A program made the translations under genes and the position numbers. The notes beneath the pieces are model-generated. The model had not been told where the DNA came from, searched no databases, and saw only the letters and a program-made list of their open reading frames with translations. A stretch of 40,653 nucleotides of DNA from a virus (Duplodnaviria; Caudoviricetes): positions 1 to 40,653 of IMG/VR virus record IMGVR_UViG_3300005805_000176; one strand, 5' to 3'. Position 1 is the stretch's first letter. Each line of letters starts with the position of its first letter. Below, piece after piece: positions 24,601 to 33,979 of this stretch.

Positions 24601-25067
24601 CTGAGTATCAAAATCCTTCAACTCCACGACCAAGAGCAGAACTTAATGCAGACTTAAGATTACTTGGCGCTGTTAGATTTAGTGATAAAACATCTCTTGA
24701 GTCTGCGTCTTTCTTAAATAATATTCAATCACTAGAAACCGGATTGTCTGCTACAAATACAATTCTAAACAATACTTCTACATCTTTAAATAATTTACGT
24801 ACAGAGTATAATAATCTAATTATAGAAGGTTACGCTGTAGAAAATATTAATGCTCCCACCAATGCAGCTAATGCCACAACCGGTAGAATTAGACCTAAAG
24901 TGAAAATTGGTGACGCATGGCAGGATAAACCGTTTAATCAGGGTGAATCTGGTACTATAACCATTCACAATCGAGACACTAGACTAAGAATTGCTAAACA
25001 AGATTATGTTATTGCTATAAAGGTAAATGGTGAATATAGGCCATTATGGGTAAGTTACGGTAGCTAA
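21684..25067 (+). CDS. Large virion/fibre protein with YadA-head-like beta-roll repeats
   Basis: Two blocks of N.A.G..AL..N..G repeats; P......Y.LG....RW...Y fibre motifs. Confidence 0.7.
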   Translation: MIIPKPQLVENIVRELSDNSTGQISPYDIRHNLLDIIDSVHLLTGSQNLRARNFDTTESRTTRAGDFTLDKLGLEGYFSVDNSAFGYSALTANYQGAKNTAIGSYALSCNIYGEDNAALGYHALAGNTNGFGNVGVGSFALNNNKIGNFNIAIGHAAGYYVDRDTSNRLFIASHPIDEAFLCANETGDGLVPLIHGDLSSANLRVGIAARNLHEGATLQVGGHIHPTISGLSNFDIGSSLYRWGNLYLTSVISFPNNNYITYSSNTNRFAISSHTTIHGSSTIGGNVVISGALSATGSASFGGSLSVGNDVSISGGIDASGSIVPVADKAFNLGDFDKRWLNAYVNNIYVAGVGRFNRFEAVEQAHYLHKTMYLASSGYVDTIDGGGPNGLYDRYTPNAETDEPQGYLIDEELSGAGLNIKSKGVDYSRTYSFNFKSIDWSLKNLSFDDVYSRSSWNSNISIHTGSGCHVKTDRVIHPSSVAIITYNDGLGLHVKNGKMYNANQHNVNRNLAGLSNVNYISHSGELGNYAITISSPNSGVNLSQRFLSNVANRTLDSNNNELLKGFECIYINDSELNAPSFFNADAGQYPSRFVIRSFNNSATAKRAFTLLQDSADGFVGISNFEYSDYLLPDTILNIRSTGDAVTRITAENDGYTKSAVQLLGVENCLTYGTELEYVNLSGIFNINMFDDEKRTNVLRVLNTKQAGLFAGSGNINSMFTIGDINNPNASVAMYESSDNPVAASGYGKIFVKKIVDGDGKHSSLQFMDSSGNMFDVIMNAVSVGGLSLDKPLFVDDLGNTFGGRFSPEQKQNIVQAQRNTAIGFKSLMKITDGDNNTVVGYQAGSGITTGSHNVVLGYNCLQSVNTGSNNIIIGNNLGNDIANNASNVFMLGYQGKVLMSGDISAQRLNMPNGTLMVDNLIGDSLSIKSDSIEVIDRGGGNYPDNTLTFRFTGNQTANMLVLNHNANPIVKNPEYQNPSTPRPRAELNADLRLLGAVRFSDKTSLESASFLNNIQSLETGLSATNTILNNTSTSLNNLRTEYNNLIIEGYAVENINAPTNAANATTGRIRPKVKIGDAWQDKPFNQGESGTITIHNRDTRLRIAKQDYVIAIKVNGEYRPLWVSYGS

Positions 25068-26687
25068 ATGAGCGATGATTGTTTTCCTAAAGAATGTTTT
25101 AGACCAGACATTACAGGCAAACGGCACGACAAATTTTTAGATGTGCCGAACAATCCTTTTCTAAGCTTCACTACCACTCTGCCGCCAAATACTACTACAA
25201 CCACCACTACCACTAGTAGTCCATTCTCTACAGAACTATTATCGTCTATTGTAGTTCCTATTCCCGGCCAACCGTGTCCAGTTACTAGACCTCAAGACGG
25301 CACAACTATACCACCAATTTTGTTTAATATTACTGGAGGTATAATAACAGATTATGATATATATAGATCACACACTTTTCTTACAGACGGCGAACTAAAA
25401 GTAGAATTACTTTCTGGAGAACTGTTTGATACATTAGATGGCGTATTTGAAGTTGAATATTTTATTGTTGCTGGCGGTGGCGGTGGTGGACAACCATCTG
25501 GTGGTGGTGGAGGCGGTGCTGGAGGAGTTTTAAGTGGTAAAACCAAGCTTTCAGTGACTACATATCCAATTATAGTCGGAAGAGGCGGTCAGCAAAATCA
25601 AAATGGATCAAATTCATCATTTAAAAGTTTTACAGCTATAGGTGGAGGCAGAGGAGGCTCATTTAGACGCAACGATGCTGGAAATGGTGGTAGCGGAGGC
25701 GGTGCCGGTGCTGATAGTAATGGTACTGGAGGATTTAATTCTGGAATACAAGGTGGTCGCGGCGGCAATGCTAATGGAACATCAGCTACAGCTGGAGCGG
25801 GTGGCGGTGGAGCCAAAAAATCTGGATCTTCTACTTCAAGCTGGTTAATATATAATAATCCTAATACAACCGGCAACGGGGGCGATGGTATAGAAAATGA
25901 TTTTCGTAATGGTAATATGCAATATTATGCCGGTGGCGGCGGTGGCGGTTCTGACACAGTAAATGGTGCTGGCGGCATTGGCGGCGGTGGAAGCCCATGT
26001 CCAAACAATGGAACATTAAAAAATGCACCACCTAATACTGGCTCTGGAGGCGCTGGCGCAGGATGCGCACCTAATAATTCAAATAACGCAGGCTCTGGTG
26101 GATCTGGTATAGTTATTATCAGATATATTAAACCAGTTGCTACAACTACTACCACCACTACGACAACAACCACAACTACAACAACGACTACAACTACTAC
26201 AACTCAGCCACCAATTACTACGTCTACTACAACTACCACGACAACCACTACCACGACTACTATATCACCAAATTGTCAATTTAATTTGACCCAAAAAGTA
26301 GGCATATTAATATCTAAGGTGCCATTTGCTCCAGAATATATTTCTAATAAGAAAAATAGTATCAATTTACTTGGATGTAATAATAACTATTATTCATGCT
26401 TTGCAGGCACAACTCTACCGTCAAACAATGCAATATTTCAAACATTAGTCTATAATATAGACACACAGCAAAGATTAGAACTAAATTTTGATATAGATTG
26501 CACAACAAAAACCATTAATGGCTTTGTGCTTTTAAGTATCTTCAATAGATTTACTGGCGCTCTTATTCATAGGAAAATCTTTGATATTTCTTCTTTCGTA
26601 GATATTTCTCAATTTAGATTTAATAGCAATTATGATTTTTCTGGCATAACATATTACTATATTTTTGATCTAGGATCTTCTTTTTAA
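25068..26687 (+). CDS. Glycine-rich virion/adhesin protein with poly-Thr linkers
   Basis: VAGGGGGG...GGSGIVIIRY Gly-rich domain flanked by Thr runs. Confidence 0.75.
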   Translation: MSDDCFPKECFRPDITGKRHDKFLDVPNNPFLSFTTTLPPNTTTTTTTTSSPFSTELLSSIVVPIPGQPCPVTRPQDGTTIPPILFNITGGIITDYDIYRSHTFLTDGELKVELLSGELFDTLDGVFEVEYFIVAGGGGGGQPSGGGGGGAGGVLSGKTKLSVTTYPIIVGRGGQQNQNGSNSSFKSFTAIGGGRGGSFRRNDAGNGGSGGGAGADSNGTGGFNSGIQGGRGGNANGTSATAGAGGGGAKKSGSSTSSWLIYNNPNTTGNGGDGIENDFRNGNMQYYAGGGGGGSDTVNGAGGIGGGGSPCPNNGTLKNAPPNTGSGGAGAGCAPNNSNNAGSGGSGIVIIRYIKPVATTTTTTTTTTTTTTTTTTTTTQPPITTSTTTTTTTTTTTTISPNCQFNLTQKVGILISKVPFAPEYISNKKNSINLLGCNNNYYSCFAGTTLPSNNAIFQTLVYNIDTQQRLELNFDIDCTTKTINGFVLLSIFNRFTGALIHRKIFDISSFVDISQFRFNSNYDFSGITYYYIFDLGSSF

Positions 26688-26696
26688 GGAAATATC

Positions 26697-29600
26697 ATGG
26701 CTAACTCAATAGGTTTTGCTGGATGGGAGCAGGGAGCCGGAAGGGGAAGAATAGGAGCTTTCACTAAAGCTATTTCTATCTTTGATATAGATAATGATCT
26801 TATCTTTCAAAGACTATTTTTAAATACAGTACACTGGTCACATAGAAAAGATAGATCTAAAGTTATAATATTAGATACAGAGGATCAACCATTTAATGAT
26901 AAGTTATCGCAGCTTGTATCATCAATTGGTTATTCTCCTGTAATTGCGAATCCATGGTATACATATAACACTTCACAGGCAGATAATGATGCCGCCCTTT
27001 ATATTCTCTTTCCAAGTTATAATCCATTCGGTGGACTTCGTATGCCTAATGCTGGGCAGTCTGGCATTATATCTACTGTTACAAACTTTGGTGCTGGACT
27101 ATTAGTATCCGAATGGTTTCATTACTTACAGTCTTTGCGCGGCAAAAGATCATTTCAATATACTATCAATAACGACGGTCTATATAAACTATCACCATTG
27201 ATTATATCAGATAATCTCACATATTCCGCTCCAGACAGTATTACATTCTCACAAAACGTTCCACAGGATAGTATTACATATACCATTCCAGAACAATTCA
27301 GACTTAATACTAGTGGTCTTTTTGTTGGATATGATGGCGTAATCTCACAGATCGGGGAGGTCAAAGAAGACGCTACAATATATTTATATACAGATATTTT
27401 TGCTAGAGCTACCACAACAACGACAACTACTACTACATTGCCTCCAGAGCGCAATATTAAATTTAAAGTTGGAAGAGTAGAATTGTTTGACTATTGTGGA
27501 CCACATACCGTTAGTCTAAAAGGTCCAAGCAAAGACTTTTTTGTACTAGAAGGTAAAGATCTATATCTCACAGAAGACACTGGAACTACTGGAATATATA
27601 ATGTTACTGTTGCTGTAGAAGATTATTTTAGACCAAAAAGATTTCCAGATTATGAGCAAGACTATAGACTAGAGATGATAAAATGCAATCCTCCATTATC
27701 TAAGCCTCTCGATGGTTCTGGTCCAGCGTTCTCTTGGAGAGCAAATCATACAAATATTTGGGGTGTAGCTGCTCCATATGGCATAATTAGACCATTTGCA
27801 GATTATTCTTTATTAGGTGAAGGATCTCCAGAAGATCCCGTTGTTGCTTGGCTTGGCGGTCAACACGGAGATACAAATGCATTATGGATTCAGGTAAATA
27901 AGTCTGGTCCACTTAATTATTCTCTGCGGGCATCTTCTGAAAATGCCGATGTTGGTTCACTTTGGATAGTTAGTGGAATCGCTCCATATCAACACAATCA
28001 AGGATATAATGAGTTTTATTATGCAGACCCATTTACCCCTATACTACCCGGAGATAGCCCAAATACAAATACGCTTCAGTTATCTGGCACAGAAAGTTTT
28101 CCACCAATTACAGATGCGTTTCGTGTTAGAGATGTAGATATTTCTAAACAGTTTTTTGCAAACTTTAATAAGTGCGCAGATTGGAATTCTATTGATGGCA
28201 ATGTCACCACTGTTGGTACTAATGGTGGCCCATCTTATTATGGAACATATGATCAGGGCGGTAATGTGTCTGAATGGACAGAAGGATTATTTGCAGATAA
28301 ACGAATTATTCGCGGAGGTAATTGGAGTTCAGAGTTCAGCGAATTATCTAATATAATAAGAGTACTTGAAGATCCGCTAGTCATCAGTAGCGGCGTCGGC
28401 TTTAGAGTAGCAACATCTGGTAATCCACCAAATAAGCTTTTATTAGACAACTTTGTATCAGTTGGTAATATTGGTAATGCGGCAGACAATACAGGCTATG
28501 GTTCTGTTGTGCATAATTATTCTATTAACAAGTATGAAGTTACCAATATAGAATACGCCACCTTCTTAAATTATGTTGCCAACTCTTCAGATCCAAATTC
28601 AATATATGTAGAACAAATGACATCAGATCCGAGAGGCGGCATTATTCGCACCGGACAGAGTGGATCATATGTATATACAACGAAACTAAACATGGCAAAC
28701 AAGCCAGTAAATTTCGTTAATTGGTATTCAGCTGTTAGATATACAAACTGGTTACATAATAATAGACCGTCTGGAATACAAAATGCATCCACAACAGAAG
28801 ATGGAGCATATTCTCTTATAGACAATGTTCTTAATCCACAGCGTAAACCAAATGCTTCATATTTTATACCAAGTGAAAATGAGTGGTATAAGGCCGCATA
28901 TTTTAAAGGCGGCAATATTAATGCTGGTGCTGGATATTGGGACTACGCGACACAAAGCGATGCTCCTCCTAGATGTTTATCAGCTAAGACCAACGGTGAT
29001 GGCGCAGATGTAAGCACATTTTTAGTGTTGACATATAACAAAGACAATAAATTAAGTAGAGATGACGATAGAATTAATTTAGTTGCTTTTATTGGTACAA
29101 GCACTACCACTACCACAACAACAAGTACCACAACCACTACAACCACAACTACTACCACTACCACTACAGAGCCACCTCCAGTATTTACCTACACTGTAAA
29201 TATAGTTAACAAAATTCAAAATGGTTATGTGTCTACCAACAGAGTAAATATGATAGGAGGATTTAATCGTGAAATTAGGTGTGATCTTGGTGGACAGTTT
29301 GGGGTAGATATTTTTGCAAACGCACCAAACTTATTCTTTGTCAATGTTCCTGATATTTATGTTCTTGATAATAATGGAATTAAAATAAATTTATGTGCCA
29401 GATTATCACCATTTACTGCGTGTCCCGTATTTGCGTGGTGGTACGGTGGAAACAATCAATTTTTAAATCGATATTGTTTTTCACTAGATTACATGCCTTT
29501 AGACGGAGGAGAAATTACCGTTGTAATAGACGGTGAAGCTGTAACTACAACCACAACAACAACCACAACAACAATTCCTCCTACAACCCCAAGACCATGC

Positions 29601-29927
29601 GATGGATTAATTTATGTTTTGTGCAAGCAAACTCTTAAGTGTCAAAAAACATCTGGTGATTGCGAGCCTAATTTGTCACAAAGTACTAATGAGGTTGTAC
29701 TTGAAAGTTGTTGTAGTAATTATACGGCACAGCAACTATTAAATAGAGCAACTAATTACTATGGTATGACACCATCAGCAAAATTCGCACCAGAATGTGC
29801 AGCCATACCAACTATAGCCTTTGCTGACTGTGCATCTCCAGACGCAAATGGCAATTGTCAAGATGTAGTTCACTATGAAACTCTAGATACAATATTATGT
29901 TCTAGTTCTGAGCAACCATTACCATGA
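26697..29927 (+). CDS. Multidomain virion protein with circularly permuted FGE-sulfatase (C-type lectin fold) domain and poly-Thr linkers
   Basis: DQGGNVSEW..RGGNW..GFRVA and KYEVTN..PVNFVNW..PSENEWYKAA motifs; Cys-rich C-terminus. Confidence 0.8.
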   Translation: MANSIGFAGWEQGAGRGRIGAFTKAISIFDIDNDLIFQRLFLNTVHWSHRKDRSKVIILDTEDQPFNDKLSQLVSSIGYSPVIANPWYTYNTSQADNDAALYILFPSYNPFGGLRMPNAGQSGIISTVTNFGAGLLVSEWFHYLQSLRGKRSFQYTINNDGLYKLSPLIISDNLTYSAPDSITFSQNVPQDSITYTIPEQFRLNTSGLFVGYDGVISQIGEVKEDATIYLYTDIFARATTTTTTTTTLPPERNIKFKVGRVELFDYCGPHTVSLKGPSKDFFVLEGKDLYLTEDTGTTGIYNVTVAVEDYFRPKRFPDYEQDYRLEMIKCNPPLSKPLDGSGPAFSWRANHTNIWGVAAPYGIIRPFADYSLLGEGSPEDPVVAWLGGQHGDTNALWIQVNKSGPLNYSLRASSENADVGSLWIVSGIAPYQHNQGYNEFYYADPFTPILPGDSPNTNTLQLSGTESFPPITDAFRVRDVDISKQFFANFNKCADWNSIDGNVTTVGTNGGPSYYGTYDQGGNVSEWTEGLFADKRIIRGGNWSSEFSELSNIIRVLEDPLVISSGVGFRVATSGNPPNKLLLDNFVSVGNIGNAADNTGYGSVVHNYSINKYEVTNIEYATFLNYVANSSDPNSIYVEQMTSDPRGGIIRTGQSGSYVYTTKLNMANKPVNFVNWYSAVRYTNWLHNNRPSGIQNASTTEDGAYSLIDNVLNPQRKPNASYFIPSENEWYKAAYFKGGNINAGAGYWDYATQSDAPPRCLSAKTNGDGADVSTFLVLTYNKDNKLSRDDDRINLVAFIGTSTTTTTTTSTTTTTTTTTTTTTTEPPPVFTYTVNIVNKIQNGYVSTNRVNMIGGFNREIRCDLGGQFGVDIFANAPNLFFVNVPDIYVLDNNGIKINLCARLSPFTACPVFAWWYGGNNQFLNRYCFSLDYMPLDGGEITVVIDGEAVTTTTTTTTTTIPPTTPRPCDGLIYVLCKQTLKCQKTSGDCEPNLSQSTNEVVLESCCSNYTAQQLLNRATNYYGMTPSAKFAPECAAIPTIAFADCASPDANGNCQDVVHYETLDTILCSSSEQPLP

Positions 29928-31600
29928 CATCAATTCCAAATAACACTAATAGCGTTCAAGCCACATGTCCTTGTGGGTCCATACTGCTACCAAAAGGTGG
30001 CGCATATATTAACTATGGAGTAAAGTGCTTAATAGAATCAGATGATTTATCGGTTAACTTAAATTTTATACATAATTCTACAATCAATCTAGATAGCGGT
30101 CAGAAATTTGTAACTGTTACAGAAAATATTCAGCAATCTATTGTCCCTAAAACAATTACAATTTATATTGACACTGAGCAGGACATAGAGTATCAAAATA
30201 TTCTTCATATATTTATCAAGGATTTTCATACTAAAAAAATCATTGCGACCAAAGTGCTTGGAAGTATTGATAGTAATATGAAATTACCTAGAGATTATAA
30301 TCAAAAACCATCTATAGTATTGTATACAAATACCAACTTAAATCTTCAGAATAGCAATATTATTCTTGAAATTCATAGCATTTGTGATAATGGTTATGAC
30401 CCCTGTTGTGACAGATTGCCATCAGAAATAGCAATAAGCGGCTACAAAACTTTATGTGTACCAATGGCAGATTATTATGATGTGCCAAGAATTACAACTA
30501 CAACAACCACAACCATACCTCCAGTTTATTATATATTACATCCATCTGGACAAACTGTATACGAGGGAGAAGTATTTTATTTTTCTTTTTCCGCATCTAC
30601 AACCAGTGGACAAGATTTTCAATATTGGTGGGAAGTATCTAAAAACAATGGATCTTCTTGGAATAAAATATCTCCACAAAAGCTTGGTCCTAATACAAAT
30701 ATTATATTCATGTCTGGCGTAGCAAGCTTAGACCTTAACAATAATAAATTTAGATCAGCTATTGTAGAACCAGCTATATTATATAGCAATCAGGCTAATC
30801 TAACAGTTTTACGTACAACTACTACGACAACAACAACATCTACAACAACAACCACATTGCCGCCCGTTACATATATCTTGGGCATCACGAACAATGTTCC
30901 AAACACTACAACAAGTGAAAATAGTCTTACATTTATTGGTCCTCGTAACTCATTTATAAATAAAAGCTTTGTGTTGACAGCTGCGGCTGGCTATGGCTTA
31001 TTTGATCTAAGCGCCACATCTGATAATATTAATGTTATTAGTGTTACTAAAACCATAAATGGAGGTTCTGCCAATATTAATACTCTTTTCCGTGTCCCAG
31101 CTGTTGGAGGCACTAGTAGTCTAGCAAATAATATTATTTTAACTGGATATACTGCTGCTACAACAACTACTACAACAACTACTACAACAACAACAACTTT
31201 GCCACCAGTTCAATATACGCTACACATAGACAACCAAGTTCCAAATACACTTACACCCGCGACTGTAGTATTTATCAGCCAACCAAATGTTGAATCTTAT
31301 CAAGATATTATTATATCAACAACCCCCGGATATATATTGCAAAGAATTCTTACTACAGAATTTAATCCACATATTACGAACGTCTTTTTTAATTTACCAA
31401 CATCTCGTTTAAGAATTTATTTGACAATGCCACCCGGTGGCGGCACAAGTATAATAGGTGGCGTTAATGATCAACGTCTTAAAATCACTGGCAATGTTAC
31501 GCTGGGAACAACTACTACAACGACAACCACAAGTACAACAACTACTACCAAAAAACCACTTGCCCCATTTAATTTAACTGTAACTGTTGAGGATGTATAA
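29924..31600 (+). CDS. Virion protein with Ig-like domains and poly-Thr linkers
   Basis: HPSGQTV.EG...F...YWW..S...W Ig-like motif; four Thr runs. Confidence 0.7.
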   Translation: MTSIPNNTNSVQATCPCGSILLPKGGAYINYGVKCLIESDDLSVNLNFIHNSTINLDSGQKFVTVTENIQQSIVPKTITIYIDTEQDIEYQNILHIFIKDFHTKKIIATKVLGSIDSNMKLPRDYNQKPSIVLYTNTNLNLQNSNIILEIHSICDNGYDPCCDRLPSEIAISGYKTLCVPMADYYDVPRITTTTTTTIPPVYYILHPSGQTVYEGEVFYFSFSASTTSGQDFQYWWEVSKNNGSSWNKISPQKLGPNTNIIFMSGVASLDLNNNKFRSAIVEPAILYSNQANLTVLRTTTTTTTTSTTTTTLPPVTYILGITNNVPNTTTSENSLTFIGPRNSFINKSFVLTAAAGYGLFDLSATSDNINVISVTKTINGGSANINTLFRVPAVGGTSSLANNIILTGYTAATTTTTTTTTTTTTLPPVQYTLHIDNQVPNTLTPATVVFISQPNVESYQDIIISTTPGYILQRILTTEFNPHITNVFFNLPTSRLRIYLTMPPGGGTSIIGGVNDQRLKITGNVTLGTTTTTTTTSTTTTTKKPLAPFNLTVTVEDV

Positions 31601-31602
31601 TA

Positions 31603-32046
31603 ATGTTAATTACAGCACATAAAAAATATTTGATTGCTAGATGTTTTGAGCGTGGTTATACTCTAGAAGAGGTTATGCCATGTGTAGTATCACAAAATGG
31701 CGATGAATGGACTATAGATGTTACACACGAAAAATACCCAAGACCTAAAAACGATGCCACAGAAATCTCTTCTAATAATCAAGTAATTATTGAGCATGGC
31801 GTTGGAACAGAGCTAAAAAAACTGTTAAAATTGATTGGAATTACAGCTTCGCCTACCTGTGCCTGTAATGCCAGAGCAAAAGAGATGAACGAGCGTGGCA
31901 TACAATGGTGTAAAGATAATATAGATACTATAGCCCTTTGGCTAAAAGAAGAGGCAGAGCGAAGAAATCTGCCTTTTTTCTTATACGGGGCCAAGAAGCT
32001 TATTAAAATAGCTATATATAGAGCAGAAAAGGATCAAAATGTTTAA
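31603..32046 (+). CDS. Conserved phage hypothetical Cys-containing protein
   Basis: GVGTELKKLL..GI....CACNARA.EMN.RG..WC. Confidence 0.7.
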   Translation: MLITAHKKYLIARCFERGYTLEEVMPCVVSQNGDEWTIDVTHEKYPRPKNDATEISSNNQVIIEHGVGTELKKLLKLIGITASPTCACNARAKEMNERGIQWCKDNIDTIALWLKEEAERRNLPFFLYGAKKLIKIAIYRAEKDQNV

Positions 32047-32710
32047 AATAGCTGATAGGGTTAAAGAAGTATCAATAACGGCTGGCAACGGTCAATATAT
32101 CGCCCTATATGAGACTTTACCGGGCTTTCAGTCTTTTGCAAATGCCATTGGTGATGGAAACACCACATATTATACAATTGAAAATGGAGCTAATTTTGAA
32201 ATAGGGCTTGGCACATATATTGCCGCCACCAACAGTATTTCAAGAGATGAAATCTATACTAGTTCTAATAGTAATCAGCGGATTAATTTAGTTGGGTCTT
32301 CTATTGTTTTTTGTTCTTATCCTGCTAATAAAGTATTTTTACTAGATTCACAAGGATTTGCAACTGGTCCAGATGGATCATATGTTGGTATTAATTTACC
32401 AGATGGAACAGTTATAATTTCTGATCGCAAACAAATCAAGACCTGTACGCAAAATACTACCATTTTAGTGACTGATGACGTTGTATTAACAGATTGCTCT
32501 TTTAATAATATAACTCTTACTTTACCACTTGCTGCCGACGCTACTGGAAAAGAAATTGTAATAAAACTAAAAAATAAAACAGACAACAACAAAGTCACCA
32601 TTGTTCCACAAGGATCAAATCTTGTTGATTCTACTGCAAGTATAGCCTTAGAATATAAAAATTCATCTATTACCCTAGTTTCAGATAGTCTAAACTGGTA
32701 TATAATTTAG
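32039..32710 (+). CDS. Virion/tail-associated protein
   Basis: ADRVKE..T.G.G N-terminal domain; C-terminal TLP.A...SD..NW module. Confidence 0.7.
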   Translation: MFKIADRVKEVSITAGNGQYIALYETLPGFQSFANAIGDGNTTYYTIENGANFEIGLGTYIAATNSISRDEIYTSSNSNQRINLVGSSIVFCSYPANKVFLLDSQGFATGPDGSYVGINLPDGTVIISDRKQIKTCTQNTTILVTDDVVLTDCSFNNITLTLPLAADATGKEIVIKLKNKTDNNKVTIVPQGSNLVDSTASIALEYKNSSITLVSDSLNWYII

Positions 32711-32718
32711 TGTATTAT
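32710..32718 (+). promoter_or_regulatory. Putative late promoter GTGTATTAT
   Basis: Starts the only sizeable intergenic gap in the fibre cluster. Confidence 0.45.
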
Positions 32719-32755
32719 TCTATAGATTAATCCATCCCACCGGAGTACCCACACA

Positions 32756-33979
32756 ATGTCCTACTTCCCATCACAAGATAGTCCACTTGTGCCATCTGGA
32801 GTTGTCTTTTTTGGCAACCCAGCTACAGACCAAAAATATGAAGCTACATCTAGCTTTTCATACGATAGTTCAAATTCAAGACTATTAGTAAATAATGTAC
32901 TTTTAGCCAATAGTGGCACAGTTGGTAGTGCTGGAACTTCTAATGCTCTTACTATTAAAAGTAATGGCGACGTAGACTTTGCATCTAGCGTCACTATCGC
33001 TGGAGATCTTATTGTACAAGGTTCACAGACTGTTCTTAATACAGAAACCTTGGCCGTTGAAGACAATCTTATTCTTCTTAATAAGAACGTTACTGGTTCT
33101 CCCACCGTAGACGCAGGAATCGAAGTTGAGCGTGGTGATGCTGCTAATGTTAAATTCTACTATGACGAAGGTACAGATCAGTGGAAATTTACTAATGATG
33201 GCACAAACCATTATGCATTACCTACTGGCGTGTCGTTCAGCGTAGTTGGTGATAGTGGTTCTAGTCAGACTATTTCTAATGGCGATACGTTTACTGTGGC
33301 TGGTGGTAGCGGTCTTTCAACAGTTGCTAGCGCAACTGATACTGTTACGGTACATCTAAACGTAGATAATTCTACATTAGAAATCAATTCTGATGCAGTG
33401 CGAGTTAAGGATAGCGGTATTACTAGCTCTAAAATTGCTGCTGGAGCAGTTGGTACCACGCAATTAGCGGCACTATCAGTAACCGACGCTAAACTTGCTG
33501 CTGATTCAGTTACTACATCTAAAATTCTTGACGCTAATGTTACAAACGCTAAGCTTGCTACAGACGCTGTAAGTACAGACAAGATTGTGGCTTTAGCTGT
33601 AACGGATGCAAAACTTGCTGCTGATTCAGTAACAACATCAAAGATTCTTAATGCTAATGTTACAACAGCTAAACTAGCAGATGGAGCAGTAACAGAATCT
33701 AAGATTAGTAGAACAGTAGATTCATCATTTAGCAATAATGAAGTAATTACATCAGACATCAATCTTGTTGTCGGCGGCGCTGGTGGCATTACTGTTAAAT
33801 TACCAGCACCGGCTAGTGGCAAATTAGTTATTGTCAAAAAGACAGACAGCGGGGCCGGTCCCGTTACTGTCGCAAGGAATGGAACAGAGACTATAGATGG
33901 TGCAACATCTAAGGCTCTATATTATCAGTATGAATCATTAACATTCGTTTCTGATGGAACAAACTGGTTTATAGTCTAA
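32756..33979 (+). CDS. Tail/head fibre protein with 10-aa VT..K(I/L)A repeats
   Basis: VEDNLILLN..AGIEVERG motif; repeats VTDAKLAADS/VTTSKILDAN; SDGTNW C-terminus. Confidence 0.75.
   Translation: MSYFPSQDSPLVPSGVVFFGNPATDQKYEATSSFSYDSSNSRLLVNNVLLANSGTVGSAGTSNALTIKSNGDVDFASSVTIAGDLIVQGSQTVLNTETLAVEDNLILLNKNVTGSPTVDAGIEVERGDAANVKFYYDEGTDQWKFTNDGTNHYALPTGVSFSVVGDSGSSQTISNGDTFTVAGGSGLSTVASATDTVTVHLNVDNSTLEINSDAVRVKDSGITSSKIAAGAVGTTQLAALSVTDAKLAADSVTTSKILDANVTNAKLATDAVSTDKIVALAVTDAKLAADSVTTSKILNANVTTAKLADGAVTESKISRTVDSSFSNNEVITSDINLVVGGAGGITVKLPAPASGKLVIVKKTDSGAGPVTVARNGTETIDGATSKALYYQYESLTFVSDGTNWFIV

Noticed and set aside
25352-29164. Minus-strand poly-Val/poly-Pro ORFs
   Set aside because: Antisense read-outs of the poly-Thr and poly-Gly codons
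26697-29927. Diversity-generating retroelement targeting the FGE domain
   Set aside because: No reverse transcriptase and no second copy (template repeat) of the GFR-proximal region in this window; cannot be excluded elsewhere in the genome
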